The notes below the pieces were generated by a model. That model did no database searches and was not told where the DNA came from. It saw only the letters and a program-made list of their open reading frames with translations. Made by a program: the position numbers and the translations under genes. Of a DNA stretch of 64,000 nucleotides, positions 37,615 through 50,938 are shown piece by piece. This DNA is from Octopus bimaculoides. Lineage: Eukaryota. Location of the stretch: contig NC_068987.1 in NCBI RefSeq assembly GCF_001194135.2, positions 65,173,369 through 65,237,368 on the forward strand, read 5' to 3'. How positions within the stretch are numbered: the first letter of the stretch is position 1; each line of letters starts with the position of its first letter.

Positions 37615-37722
37615 CTGTAACATTTCCTCTTCATGCTTTTTCTTCAATTCCTCCATCTGCAAATGCCACATTTTCTCTTGTTCTTTCAAGTGTGAAGTGA
37701 AGTTTTTCTCAAGGTTTTGAAT
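37615..37722 (-). CDS. DZIP1: DZIP1 coding exon 8 (IQNLEKNFTSHLKEQEKMWHLQMEELKKKHEEEMLQ), coiled coil
   Basis: tttttgtgtttag|ATT ... CAG|gtcagt; 108 nt, phase 0/0. Confidence 0.88.
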
Positions 37723-38356
37723 CTAAACACAAAAATTAAATAATAAGGTCTTCATCATCATTTTCACCATAACCAGTGCTCAGGTGCACAACAACTCATC
37801 AGAAAAAGTAACCAAAACTGCATGAACAGTTCATAGAATATGCACAGGAAGTGTAGAAGTCTTAAAAAAAAAAAACGAAGAAGAAACTGGGGTGGGGGGC
37901 ATCAGGTGTACTGTTGGCGAATGTTAGGAAGGAGAGAAGATTTGAAAGATGTAGTGTTTTGATTGCTAACAAACTGATTCAGGTAGTTTATTCTATGGTT
38001 CAGCAATTCTGAGTGCAAAAAAATGTTTCCGAAAGTCATGGGTGCTGTGTTGTTTTTTGATTTTGTAAGCATGTCCATATATTCTTTTATTCTTTTATTT
38101 GCTTCAGTCATTTGACTGTAGCCATGCTGGAGCACCACTTTGAAGGGTTTTAGTTTAACAAATTGTCCCCAAGACTTTTTTAAACCATTATGCCATGCTT
38201 AAGAAGACCCACCAAGCCAAGTAAAATTGCAGTCATGGCATATACTGGCGTCATGCAAATGGCACCTGCGTTGGTGGCATGTAAAAGCACCTGTTACACT
38301 CTTGGAGTGGTTGACGTTAGGAAGGGCATGCAGTCATAGAAATCATGCCAAATCAG

Positions 38357-38733
38357 ACAGACCCAACTGTGGGATATGCATTAATTTAATTGAGGGATCA
38401 GAGTTCTCCTTCAAACAGGGACAACGTTTAAGAGTGAAAAACAGCTTCACATATACTTCGGAGAACCTGATATATGCACTAACCTGCTCTGGGTGTCAAG
38501 AGCAATACATAGGCCAAACAAAAAACAGTCTACGTCAAAGGATGGGTCTGCACAGATCCCAGATCAAAATTTCCAAAAACAGAAAAATAGCATTCAGCCA
38601 ACACATCAATGTTTGCGCCAATAACAAAAATCCAAGCTTCAGCATTTTTCCCTTCTACCAATTCAGGGACAATACAACCTGCAGCCAACGAATTAATAAA
38701 GTGACTCTCTTTATTACAAAATACAGACCCCTG
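38357..38733 (+). mobile_element. Penelope-like element GIY-YIG endonuclease fragment
   Basis: CGIC..F..NSFTYTSENLIYALTCSGCQEQYIGQTKNSLRQRMGLHRSQI..FSQHINVC..FSIFPFYQ..R..K.TLFITKYRPL, part of ORF 38227..38766. Confidence 0.9.
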
Positions 38734-38955
38734 CATGCTAATGTTTCTGCCAGCTCACCGCTTTAGTATGTTGTAGCATTGAGGTATGTAGGATACTGGA
38801 GCTGTGTGGTATAGCGGTCTGTAGAATGATGTAAAAGTTGCTTAAGAATAAGCTTACTAGTCCCTTAGCAAAGCCTGAACTCATAAGTTGTGTGCCACCA
38901 TTCTTCAAGCCTAAACATTTAAGGAATGCAACTTCTATGTTCAGACATATGTTAC

Positions 38956-39200
38956 CTTTTTCTGCAATAGTTTCTCTGAAAGTTTGGTTTCCTTTCTGAA
39001 CACAGCTAAATCTTCCTGACTTTCTTTCGGTGCTGCAGAAATTACAGCTTTGTTTTCCTGATGAGCTAACACTACTGACTTTTTCTTTTTGTTGCTGTCT
39101 TGAACTACTCGTCTTGACATATTCTTTGGTAAGGCTTGAGGAACAGCATCGACTTCATCATCATCATCACGGATGGCACCCAAATTTGTTTGCTTGACAG
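38956..39200 (-). CDS. DZIP1: DZIP1 coding exon 7 (SVKQTNLGAIRDDDDEV...KLLQKK)
   Basis: tttattttgcag|CT ... AAG|gtaaca; 245 nt, phase 1/0; matches ORF 38941..39183. Confidence 0.88.
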
Positions 39201-39959
39201 CTGCAAAATAAACATAAGTATTTCCATTGTATCAATGTGTGTTTGTTTCTCCTTGCCTTAACATTGCATGATAGTTGTAAACAAGCATCACCATCATACA
39301 AGTGTTGTCATTCATTTCCAATCTTTCATAAAAACATGTTGAGCCATGGGGGATATATCACCTTGCTTGGAAGTGGATGAGGGTTGGTGACAGGAATGGC
39401 ATCCGGTCAGAAAACCCGTCTTGGTGAATTCTGTCTGACCCAAGCAAGCATGAAAAAGTGGACATTAAAATGATGATAATGGTACACACACACACACACA
39501 CACACACACGTGTGTGTGTGTGTGTGTGTGTGCATGCGTGCTCATATCCTATTGCACCATGTATGTCTGTGACCAAGAAACTGAACTCTAAGCTGTGACA
39601 TAAGCATTACACAGTAATGACAACTCTGATGTAAATTTGATGACTATTTCCTTAATTTGTAGAGTTCAGTTCAAATCCTTACATGACTATATCTTAGGTA
39701 AAGAGAGGTTCTACCAGACTGAGTTAGTCCAAGATACACTACATGAATGCTACTCTGGCAAGATTCTGAATTACTGGGGTTGGCACACCTAGCTTTCTCT
39801 CATAGCCTTCTTCAATATCACCTCAAAAGACAGAGTTCATGTCCCAGATTCCATTTTGAATAATTTTACTGTTACCTTATAAACATTTAATTCTACCACC
39901 AGAAAAAATAGGCAAGAAGTGACATTTTCAAATTGTTCAATTCCCTAACAGTAATAAGA

Positions 39960-40435
39960 ACTGGACAGACTGTAATTAACTGAACACATTGCAAATTAAT
40001 AGGCAGCTTGTAATTAAATAGGGATAACTTGAAATTAAGTGGAAAGAGGGTAATTAACTGGACTGACTCTAATTAAAGAGGCATCTAATTAAATGGGTAA
40101 CTTGTAATTAACTGGAGATGATGAAATTAAGTGGTCATCTGACTGAATGGGTAGCTTGTAATTAACTGGAGACAATGCAATTAAATGGACAGACTATAAT
40201 AAACTGGATAGATTGTAATTAAGTGGTCAGTTTGTAATTACGTGGACAGCTTATGATTTGCTGGACAGCTTGTAAGTTATGGAGGACAGTTGATAACTAA
40301 ATGGATACATATGTTTATTGAGTAGCTTGTAATTCACTGGACAAATGTATTTAACTGGACAGCTTCTAGTTAAGTAGACAGTATGTAGTTAATTGGGTAT
40401 ATATTGCTCAACTGGACAAATTGTAAATACATAGA
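39960..40435 (+). repeat. Degenerate about 19-20-bp minisatellite (ctggacagcttgtaattaa)
   Basis: More than 20 variant units with recurring taattaa/ctggac words, ending about 30 nt from the exon 6 donor. Confidence 0.8.
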
Positions 40436-40466
40436 AAGAGAATTAATTTCAGGTGTTTAAACTTAC

Positions 40467-40551
40467 AAAATTTTTTCATTAATTCTTTAAGATTGGCTTC
40501 ATATTGCAAATCCCTTTCATGGAATAACTTCCACATATTGGCAATCTCTTT
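40467..40551 (-). CDS. DZIP1: DZIP1 coding exon 6 (KEIANMWKLFHERDLQYEANLKELMKKF)
   Basis: ttttccag|AAA ... T|gtaagt; 85 nt, phase 0/1. Confidence 0.85.
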
Positions 40552-42728
40552 CTGGAAAATTGTAAGAGTAAAAACACATTACTAATTGAATAATATAGAA
40601 TTTCAATAATCAACCCTTATTAATATCCTAAAGACTAGGGTTTCCACCTCAAGCATCAGAAAATACTTCAACTTTGATCGATGGATGACCTCTACAATGC
40701 AAAAATGTAACCTACATCAAAGTATTGTTTATATACTTTTCTTCGTTTTATCTGTCAGTCTGGAGGAAAGGCGGGGGCCTCTGAGACTTGTGGAATGGTG
40801 TGTGGGAGGTATCCTCAAACTAGGGACCTTGCCTAAATTCTTGTAACAGAATGGATTCTGTTAAAGACATCAAAGGTATCAGATGGTGGTGTTAAATTGC
40901 ATGGTAAGATTAAGTCTACCACCCTAACATGAAGCTGTTGACACCTGCACACATGCTCAACAGTCACTTGCCAATATGATACAACCATTAGATCACAGAT
41001 GTGTTGTTGACCCTCTCTCTCTCACTCTCTGCCTCCAACTCCTCTCAGATAGCAACCTGCACAGAGGCAGCAGCACTACCACCAACTCAACCCACTTAAT
41101 TCTCTCACAGATGAGATGACAAAGGACCAAGATAATTGGTAATTTACTGTGCTCGGGAAAACTTGTTCATCATGGAGAAAATGAGGCCCTAAGAGCATTT
41201 TGTTTATGCCTAAACATGCTAGGTCTTGCCCCTGAACCCAATGTTTTCTAGCAAGCATTCCCTATATCTCATCCTCCTTAAACCCATCCTGCCATCATTC
41301 TTCTAAGGCACTACCAAGCTGTTATAATCTCTTGAGATAACCAGCACATTTCAACCTACCTCCTTTATTTTTGAGCTCCTTTAGAACAACTTACTATTAA
41401 TAGCCACCCTTTGTTCTCAGTTTCAATCCTCCCCACATCATTTTTCATCTATAACCCCCCCCCACACCATTTCCTGTACCTTCACTTATCTCTCCCTCTC
41501 CTCTACATCTCAGACCTGCCATACCTCATCTTCAACACTGCTCATATTTGCCATCATTCTCTACACCTCCTCATATCCACCATCAATGACTCCACTCCAC
41601 CATTATTTTCCCACTCACTTTAACCATGCTTACATACCTCTGAACTCCATTTCTATTACTGTACTTCACCTTGCATATCACCTCCCTATTAATGATGGTG
41701 GGTGAGAGGTATCCTCAAACCAGGGATCTCACCTAAATTCTTGCAACAGAATGGACTCCGCTAAAGACACCAAAGGTATCAGATGGTGGTGTTAAATTGC
41801 ATAATGAGATTAAGTCGACCATCCTAACATGAAGCTATTGATACCTCACTTTACTCAACTCCATACTAATATTTTCCATCAGCTATACTCACCCCTTATT
41901 CATTACTCACTACATTCACCTCTACTTCCATCTTTAACCATCTGTTGCCCTCCTCTGACACTCATATGAAATTATCTCCACCACCATTGCTCCACTGTCT
42001 GCAGTCTCTCTTATACTTACCTTCTTATATCATCATGTGATGCTCTAACATATCATTACCATCATCTCTATCTAGTTTTTAGCTACTCTCATCGACTCTT
42101 ATGCATTGTGGGGTAGCCATGTATCTCTTCTAGAGCAACACACTTGTGCTTGTTTCTCTATCATACTTTAGCCTTTCAACACCTAGCATAAAACCATCTC
42201 CCCTCCTCTCAAAGCCACCACCCCCAACTCAACCAAAGGGATTTTTCCTTCTCTTCCTTTGTGCTTGTGGTGTAAAAGAAAAAAAAAAAAGCATCCAATA
42301 CACACTGTAAAATGGTTGGTGTTTGGAAGGGCAACCAGCAATAGAAACTATGTCAAAGCTGATACTGGAGCTCAATGCAACCCTCTTTACATCCTGTCAA
42401 ACTGTCCAACCCATACTAGCAGGGAAAACAGATATTAGATAATGGTGATGATGATACTCTGAATTTAAATCAGTCCATGATGTAAATATGAAGTTTTAAT
42501 ATTAATATATTCAAGACACCAGGCAAAATGCTTAGAGGTATTTCGTCTGTCTTTACACCCGAGTTTAAATTCCACCAAGGTCAACTTTACTTTTCATCAT
42601 TTTGGAGTCTACAAAATAAATACCAGTTGATCACCAGGATCAGTATAATTGAGTTAGTCCCTCCCTCAAACTTGCTGGCATTGTGTCAAAATTTGAAACC
42701 AATATTAATAGATTCAAGAGAAATTTAC

Positions 42729-42977
42729 ATGTTTTTGAGTGTCTCTTTCTTCAAAGGCTTGCAGATGATCCCTGAGCAACTTCAGTTCCTTTTCAAAAGC
42801 CAAGTTGTTAGTATCTGATGTTGGCACGATACTACGACTACCACTGCCATGGCCACTACTACTGTCACCATCTGTGTTTACTGCAGTGGTAGGGACCACT
42901 GTGAGGTCACTGTGTCGCTTTGTCAAATGGGTCTGTAAGTATGAGTGATGTAGAAATGCTTTCGGACAATAAGGACA
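42729..42977 (-). CDS. DZIP1: DZIP1 coding exon 5, C2H2 zinc finger (CPYCPKAFLHHSYLQTHLTKRH...ERDTQKH)
   Basis: tttctttgcag|TGT; C-x2-C-x12-H-x4-H; donor CAT|gtaaat; 249 nt, phase 0/0. Confidence 0.93.
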
Positions 42978-44460
42978 CTGCAAAGAAAAAGGTTAGAAAA
43001 AAATATAAGGAAGAATTTAAAAATGAAGTTTGGAGGAAATGTAAAATAGAATTACTGTATATACTCATGTGTCGAGGCACCCTATATCATGTTTCATTTT
43101 AACTGAAAAACTAAGGTGTCACTTATTTATGGGGCAAAGTTGAAACTACGAAGGGAAAATAATTTGTACTAAGATTTAACACTGAATTAGGAGAGCAACT
43201 TATATACATTACTGCAACTTATACACAAGTAAATATGGTATTTATTTATTTATAAATAGAATTGTTCTAATTAACTGAAATATATAAGTAACAGAAATGG
43301 CAAATACTGTTCAATTTATTATTGCAATCTGTAGTTATAACCATTATGCTATGATTTTTTAGCCATACCAATCCTCTTTCTCAAACCTAGTCAAACTATT
43401 CTTTCAAGTCATTACCATAATTTCCAACTACAACCACTGCCAACCTTCACCTATAAGCCATCATTAATCTCTTAATGTTGAGCCACCACTACTTATCTTG
43501 CCATTTGAGCTATCACCCAAGCTTCACTGATCTTAAAACTTGTTTTGCATGAGCAAACTATTTCTCCATTCTGTCCAAAACTGTAAAAGTAGCATCCTCC
43601 ATCAATTTGGATACCCCTCAAATTGACATAACCCCTAAACTGTTTCAATATTACATCAATATCCATCAAACCAACACTGATCACAGCCTACCAATCTAAC
43701 TATCATTCAATACCAACTAACACGACTATAAACGAGCCTACAAGGAAGCCTTTATATGATTGCTTAGGCTACTAGAAATATCAGCCAAATTTCCTACACT
43801 CATAAAAAAAAAAGGATCAAAGGTCCTTCCTGAGTCATAGGCTCATAAGGCTGGATTCCTGGATTCTGTGGTGCATATATTCCCCTACTTGATAGGACAC
43901 TAGTCCATTGTATGGTAACCCAATTTTAGCAACTGAGTGGACTGGAGTAATGCGAAATGTTTTGCTCAAGAACTCAATGCATCACTTGATCCAAGAATTG
44001 GAACCACAATCTTATGATCATGAGTGCAACATCCTAACCACTAAGCCATGCACCCCGCTCCACATGTTTTACTCTGCCATCTCCAAAAAAAGATGGATTG
44101 GATAATATATTCTAAGGTACATGCTGAAAAGAAGGAATGGTCATTGTTTGGTTGGTTTTGATCATAGATTTACTCAAGTTTGACTTGGGGTTAAACAATA
44201 ACAACTATCCAAATTTCATCACTAATAGCAACAGATCAATACTACCCATAATTCACTACAAAGCAGTAAATCAAGATGTGTGAAACAGCAGCAGTACCAA
44301 CAGCACAGTTAGCCCACCACCACTACCACCACCACCACCATGTAGCCAATCACAATAGGGCTACTGTTGCTCCCACCAGTAACAACAACAGCAGCCTTAA
44401 TGTTAGAGCTAACCTACGCACACATAATACCACAGTGTAACTTATAAAAGCATCAAGTAC

Positions 44461-44598
44461 CTTATGGTAATTCCCAGGTACACCATGAATGAGCTGCTGT
44501 TGGGCCATCAACAGTTTCTTCCTCTTGTGACTCTCCTTGCTGACTTTAGAAAGCTCCTTCTGTAGTTTCTCAATCTGTTGCTTGAGTTCATTCTCCTT
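44461..44598 (-). CDS. DZIP1: DZIP1 coding exon 4 (KENELKQQIEKLQKELSKVSKESHKRKKLLMAQQQLIHGVPGNYHK), coiled coil
   Basis: cctatag|AAG ... AAG|gtactt; 138 nt, phase 0/0; KRKKL..QQ..I...NYHK precedes the finger as in the family. Confidence 0.93.
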
Positions 44599-44926
44599 CT
44601 ATAGGATTAAAGACAACATCAATAAAACCCTGACAGTAATAAATAGCAAAGGGAAATAATTTCACAAGTCAGAAACATTTACAACATTGTGCTGTTAAGA
44701 ATCTGAATATAAAAGAAAAAGAAAAGAAAAAAGAACAAGATAATCACTTTTAAGGACAATAATACAGGCACAGGTATGCTTTTATAGTTGAGAAACTTGC
44801 TTCCTAACCATATGGTTTTGGGTTCAGTCCCACAGCACAGTACCTTAGGAAAGTATCTTCTACAATAGCTCCAGGCTGTCAGAGCCTTGTGAATGAATAT
44901 GGTAGACAGAAACTGAAAGAAGCCAG

Positions 44927-44957
<31 letters not shown>

Positions 44958-45271
44958 NNNNNNNNNNNNNNNNNNNNNNNNNNNNNNNNNNNNNNNNNNN
45001 NNNNNNNNNNNNNNNNNNNNNNNNNNNNNNNNNNNNNNNNNNNNNNNNNNNNNNNNNNNNNNNNNNNNNNNNNNNNNNNNNNNNNNNNNNNNNNNNNNNN
45101 NNNNNNNNNNNNNNNNNNNNNNNNNNNNNNNNNNNNNNNNNNNNNNNNNNNNNNNNNNNNNNNNNNNNNNNNNNNNNNNNNNNNNNNNNNNNNNNNNNNN
45201 NNNNNNNNNNNNNNNNNNNNNNNNNNNNNNNNNNNNNNNNNNNNNNNNNNNNNNNNNNNNNNNNNNNNNNN
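44958..45271. other. Assembly gap (N run); further gaps at 61168-61382 and 63804-63963
   Basis: Runs of n; two of the three abut (TA)n microsatellites. Confidence 1.
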
Positions 45272-45408
45272 NTCTCTTACTTGAAAAGCTAGTAAGGATT
45301 TGTGACAGGAAGAGCATCCAGCTGCAAAATATTGCCTCACAACATTTTTGTCCAACTGATGCCAGCATAGAAAAGCAGATGTGAAAACAATGATGAGGAT
45401 CTCTTTCT

Positions 45409-45456
<48 letters not shown>

Positions 45457-45728
45457 TGCAAGCAAGTTTGACACTTAACCCCACTTTTACACCACAATAT
45501 TAGAGTGTCTCTATATGGTTGCTCAAGCTGCAAGAAACAGAAGTGAAATCTCCCTTGTATCATATGCAAATGTCTTAAAAAGAGAATGGTACATTGGTTA
45601 TTGTAGTCCTGTGTACATTTATCTAAATAAATGACAGGATGTTTACAACTGGAATGTAAAATGCAATCTAAACTGAGGCTTAAACAGAAACAATAACAAA
45701 TACAAAATCCTTTAAAATTAACTCTTAC

Positions 45729-45794
45729 CTGTTCATGCTTCTTGATTCTCTCTTCCACACTTCCCAGTTGGTGAGTTAAGTATTCTTGTGAGTT
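45729..45794 (-). CDS. DZIP1: DZIP1 coding exon 3 (NSQEYLTHQLGSVEERIKKHEQ)
   Basis: ttgttccag|AAC ... CAG|gtaaga; 66 nt, phase 0/0; continues the (H)SQEYL motif. Confidence 0.93.
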
Positions 45795-48378
45795 CTGGAA
45801 CAAAGGAGGTCACAGTCAGAAGAGAAATGTGGAAAGCAATGACATGAGGCAGTGTCGCTGGCAGCAATTTGAAGGAAATTATTAGCTTTAAGAAGACAGC
45901 TTATAAGAATAAAACCAAACTAATAATATGCTTTGCTGAAGTGGTTTCATAAGACTGAAACATGTCTCAAGTTGTTGGCAGTGTTTAAGCACAGGTATGG
46001 TTGTGTGGTTAAGAAGATGGCTTTCCAACCACATGGTTTTGAGTTCAGTCCCACTGCATCGGACCTTAGGCAAGTGTCTTCTACTATAGCTCCGACTAAT
46101 GGCTTGTGAGTAAATTTGGTAAATGGAAACTGCATGGAAACCCATTGTATATGAGTGTGTATGTGTGTCTGTGTCTTTGTGTTAGTGCTCCTCACCCCCA
46201 CTTCAAGGTGGTGCCTCAGCATAGCCACAGTCCAATGACTGAAACTAGTAAAAGATAAAGTGTCATTTCCCACTTAATATTTTCATTTAATTCTTAATAA
46301 CTAAAATGTTGCACCATTTGAGAGCAATTGTCATAAATACTAATGGCTTGTCTACTCATTACATCTTTTATCTTTTACTTGTTTCAGTTATTTAACTGTA
46401 GCCATGCTGGGGCAGCGCCTTGAAAAATTTTTTGTCAAATGAATCACCCCCTCCCACCAGTACTTATTTTTTTGTAATCCTGATACTTATTCAGCCTGTT
46501 CTCTTTTGCCAGGCTGCTAAGTTATGGGGACATAAACACACCAACACCTGTTGACAAGTAGTGGTGGGAGACAAACACAGAAACAAACCCACACACAAGC
46601 ACACACACATACACACACACAACAAACTTCTTTCAGTTTCTGTCAACCAAATCCACTCACAAGATTTTGGTCAGCTCAAGGTTATAGTAGAAGACACCTG
46701 TGAAAGATACCATGCAGTGGGACTGAACCTGGAGCTTTGTGTTTAGGAAGCAAGCTTCTTGCTACACAGCCATGTATAAAATTCTGATTTATTAAAAATT
46801 AGTTTTAACTCACTACATCAAGAAAGACAGCTTGCACTCAACTATAAAAGAAGTCTCTGTAATTAAATTTCCACTCAAGCAAAAAGACTGGATATGATTA
46901 TAACATAAACACTCTCCGCAGCTGGAACCTCTCAGAACACAAAGGAAGTCACATAATGAAAGATGAAATTTCTCAATGACAAACAAAACATTTCTAACAC
47001 TATGTTTAGTAATGGTTTCAAATTTTGGTACAAGGATAGCAATTTTAGATAAGGGGTTAAGTCAATTACATTGACTCCCCAACCCAGTGCTCAATTGATA
47101 CATAATTTATCAACTGTGAAAGGGTGAAAGGCAAAGTTTGACCTTAGTGGAATTTGAACTCAGAGTGAAAACAGCCAGAAGAAATACCACTAAATATTTT
47201 GTCCAACATGCCAACAGTTCTGCCAGTTTGCTGTTTTCACTATGTTAAACAATTCTTTCTACTATAAGCACAAGGTCTGAAAAATCTGGGGATGGGGAGG
47301 GAGCTAGTTGATTGCATTGACCAGAGGCACCCAACTGGTACTTATTTTATCAATCCCAAAAGGACAGAAGGCAAAGTCAACCTCAGCAAAATTTGAGCTC
47401 AGAGCCAGGAGAAATGCTGCTAATCACTTTGTCCAACCCATAAACAGTTCACTATGAGTAATAATGATAACAATAATGATTTAAGATAGAGGCATATGGC
47501 CACATCTTTTGGAGAAGAAATGTAGCCAATTAGCCTAGGCCCTAAAAGATGAAAGAAAAGTGATGTTCAGAAAGATTTCAACCCAGAATGTAAAACGACA
47601 TAACTTAACCCTTGCCACCTTAAAACATAATAATAATAACAACAATCAAAATTAATTGTGATTACAGCTTACACAGAGATAAATTCAAAATCTTCCTTCA
47701 GCTGCTTTGCTGTACCCTGGAGCACAGAGCAGCATGGGACATGTCATTGCTTGCTGACTGATAGCATGTACTGCTCCTACATTGTTGTTGGGTGTTTTGT
47801 GATAAGAAGGCTGAGAACTTTCCTTAGAAATAGACCTGCTATAAATCTAATGAGTAATAAAATCACTTATGCTAATGTGACTACAGTCTCACAGCTCTGG
47901 TTTCCTACCAGCTTGAGTCTCACACAACAATTGGAAAGATTACAAATCCCAAAAACAAAAGCTAAGTCAAAGACTTAAGAATGACTTTTAAGTGTTACAT
48001 CTCTGCTCCCTGGGCCTTCATTTAGACAGCGAGAACATGTATATAGAATAGAGAGGTTATTGATAGTATGTATCTCATCCCTCATAGCAGATGCTCTATT
48101 ACAGAGTATACATCATGTAACCTTCTTCCTAGTAACCCTTTAGCATTTAGATTATTCTATTAAATGTAATGTTTATTTAATCAGGGTTTTGAATTAATCA
48201 TGCATTATCTGGCAGCTACAAGATTTCTATAATGTGATTGATTATTTGTAGAATAGCATTGAAATGTAGATGTAAGAGGCTGGATTTGGGTGGCTTGAAT
48301 ATAAAACAAACAGAATATTTGGGTCAGGTGTGGCTGATTTAAATGATGAAGCTCTGTGACAAAATGGAATGTACTTAC

Positions 48379-48450
48379 CAATAAATATTCAATAATTAAC
48401 TGAGATAACTTAAATAACTTGATATAATTTGGGTCAATTATTTTATTGTC
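48379..48450 (-). CDS. DZIP1: DZIP1 coding exon 2 (DNKIIDPNYIKLFKLSQLIIEYLL)
   Basis: ctttcttacag|GAC ... TTG|gtaagt; 72 nt, phase 0/0; conserved DP..IKLFKL.QL.IEYLL motif. Too short for the ORF track. Confidence 0.95.
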
Positions 48451-49777
48451 CTGTAAGAAAGAAGGTAGAAATAATTATATTAGATAGTGGTACAGGGTAG
48501 AAATGTGGTGTGTGGATAGTTAAACATTCTGGCAATCCCTCCTCCCTACAAGTACCAACATTTCTCTCCGAGTACTAATCTGTAATAATCTACACTGAGC
48601 ATTAACCCAACTGGCCTTAGTCAGTCATTTTTATCCAACCCAATCTAGGAAAGTTTTGGAAGACTATGGGCACAACACTGACTTCTCAGAGTAATAAAAC
48701 AAAAAAATATGTTTAGATACTGACATAAGATCATATGTTCAGACCTTGTTGTACCTGCCCAAAGGACAGCACTATGTTTTGAATACTTCTCTTGTTTCAG
48801 TTAATGCATTTAGTGTATGGAGACAAATCCCCAGTAAATATAACACTAGATTCCATGTTATATATACAACAACCATCTGACATACCACAGTATAATAAGG
48901 TAGGATAATTAATCTTGACTCAGCAAAGGCTTCCAACAGAGATCATCATAATGTTGTGTTAAAAAATACATCAAATATAAATCAATAGAAAACTATGGCA
49001 TTAGATCGTGTATTTCCTAGTAAACAGGGGTTATGATGTCTCAAAACAATACTTTAAACACGTCACCGAGTAGAGCTATTAAGTTAAACAACATTGGCCG
49101 GAAATAGAAGTATTCTATGTTTAATCTGATGCTGTTCCATTTCTATTGCCCTACTGCCCCTAACTGGTAAAATATTGGTTTCGCCCATAAATACAAAATC
49201 ACAAATTTTAAAGAATGAATATAGTAGATTACATCAACTTCAATAGTTGACTGGTATTTACTTTATCAACCATGTATGGTTGAAAAGGTGAATTTTAAAT
49301 CAGACTAAAAAGAAATGTAACTAAATACTGCACAACATTTTGTCTGTTGCACTAACAATTCTGCCATTTTCTGTCCTCTTAATTTGAATATTGGTTTCAA
49401 GCTTTGGCACAAGACTAACAACTTCAGGGGATGGGAATAAGTCAATTATATCAACCTCAATGTCCAACTGGTACTTAATATATCTTCTCTAAAAGAATGA
49501 AAGATAAAATGAACCTTGGTGGAATTTGAACTCAAAATGTAAAGGCAGACAAATGGTGCTAAGCATTTGCCCAGCATTCTAATGATCCAGCCAGCTTGTT
49601 GCCTTTACAACAAATAAAATATCAACAATTGTCCAAGATAGAATTAAAAAAAATTCTTTTAGCCCTAATGAGAACACCCATCCATTCTGATCAGATGAGA
49701 TGTCTCAGGAAAAAGAACGAAAAAACAAAATGAAGTAAAAGCATTAGAATCGGTTATAAGCAAAATGAAAGGCTTAC

Positions 49778-49972
49778 CACTTCTTGTTCTATATCACAAA
49801 ATGTTATGCTGTAGATATTCTCCTGGAGTGTGTTGTAATCAAATGTCTGATACATTTGCTCTATGTTTAGTGCAGCTATCTTTCGCCAGTCCACATGTTC
49901 TGTTTTGCGCCGAGTGGCTAGCACTGCGTAACTTCCAGCTGTTGGAGTCATCTTGTCAATGGTGATGTGCAT
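49778..49972 (-). CDS. DZIP1: DZIP1 coding exon 1 (MHITIDKMTPT...VDWRKIA...TFCDIEQEV), Dzip-like N domain
   Basis: Exon starts at acceptor ttttctttttag|G at 50047. The 75-nt UTR has an in-frame TAA before the ATG at 49972. Donor GTG|GTAAGC, phase 0. Confidence 0.92.
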
Positions 49973-50363
49973 ATACTAGACTATAGCTAACCACCAAGTT
50001 TTGAACAGGCTAACTAAAACAGCAGTTTAACCTTATATATATTGAACCTAAAAAGAAAAGAAAAATGAAATTAGAAATAAATGTATCCAAAATATCATCC
50101 ATGAGAATTGTGGAGTATAAAACCAGGCTCCCAGTGTGGTGAATTTGTAAGAGTTGAAGAGCTATTTCATTACAATAATTTAACTCGTAAATTTGATAGA
50201 TTTTTCAGGGAGAGGGGAAGAGAAAGAGAAAGGGAGAAAAAGAAAAGGGGGATATTAAGGGAGGTAACTCTAGCTAAACTTGGGTTCTAAAAGTAGTTAA
50301 CAGAATAATTCATGTTTTTGCCTTTGATGATGACAATGAGATGATAATTGTCATCATGTACAT

Positions 50364-50492
50364 CAGTGGTTCCCAAACATTTTTGGGCTGCCGCCCCCTT
50401 GACACCCAAACCACATTCCTAGCGCCCCGACCCCGATTAACCATCACAAAGATTTATGCCAATACAAGACAGGTGCTAAATTTGAGAACCTG
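50364..50492. mobile_element. Possible hAT/Charlie-type MITE
   Basis: cagtggttcccaaac ... tttgagaacctg imperfect terminal inverted repeats. Confidence 0.45.
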
Positions 50493-50901
50493 GATTGATG
50501 AATGAAATGTGTAAGTAAACGTATATATATTTAAACTCAAATCACAGATGGATTATAGCTAAATACTCAATAGACATTCTCTCATACCTATTCCATTATC
50601 TTCAGATAAAATAATAATACAAAATAATAATAATAATGATAACAACAACAACAAAAACATATGTATATAGATAGATAGAGATATATAAATATATCTTTAT
50701 GTGCATATCTTTGTGTCGGCGTTTGTCCTCCAACACTGCTTGAAAACTGGTGTTTGTGTGCTTATGTCCCCACAACTTAAAGGTTTGGCAAGAGAGACTG
50801 GCAGAATGGACTAGGCTTAAGTACAGGGCGTCAGCTTGTTCTGCTAAAATTCTTCAAGGTGGTGCCCCAGCTAGTCCAGTCTGACTGAAACAAAGTAAAA
50901 G

Positions 50902-50938
<37 letters not shown>

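Larger units (their letters stand above)
9098..49972 (-). other. DZIP1: DZIP1/DZIP1L (iguana) gene, coding span; 20 manually reconstructed exons, about 902 aa
   Basis: Exon lengths sum to 2709 nt (903 codons including stop) with GT-AG boundaries and matching phases at every junction. The N-terminus VDWRKIAALNIEQM..DYNTLQENIYSITFCDIE / IDPNYIKLFKLSQLIIEYLLNSQEYL followed by a C2H2 finger is the recognisable DZIP1-family architecture. Cannot separate DZIP1 from DZIP1L without phylogeny. Confidence 0.9.

Noticed and set aside
44679-45803. 374-aa ORF and the overlapping X-containing ORFs
   Set aside because: Open only because of the N gap; just 45729-45794 is a real exon.
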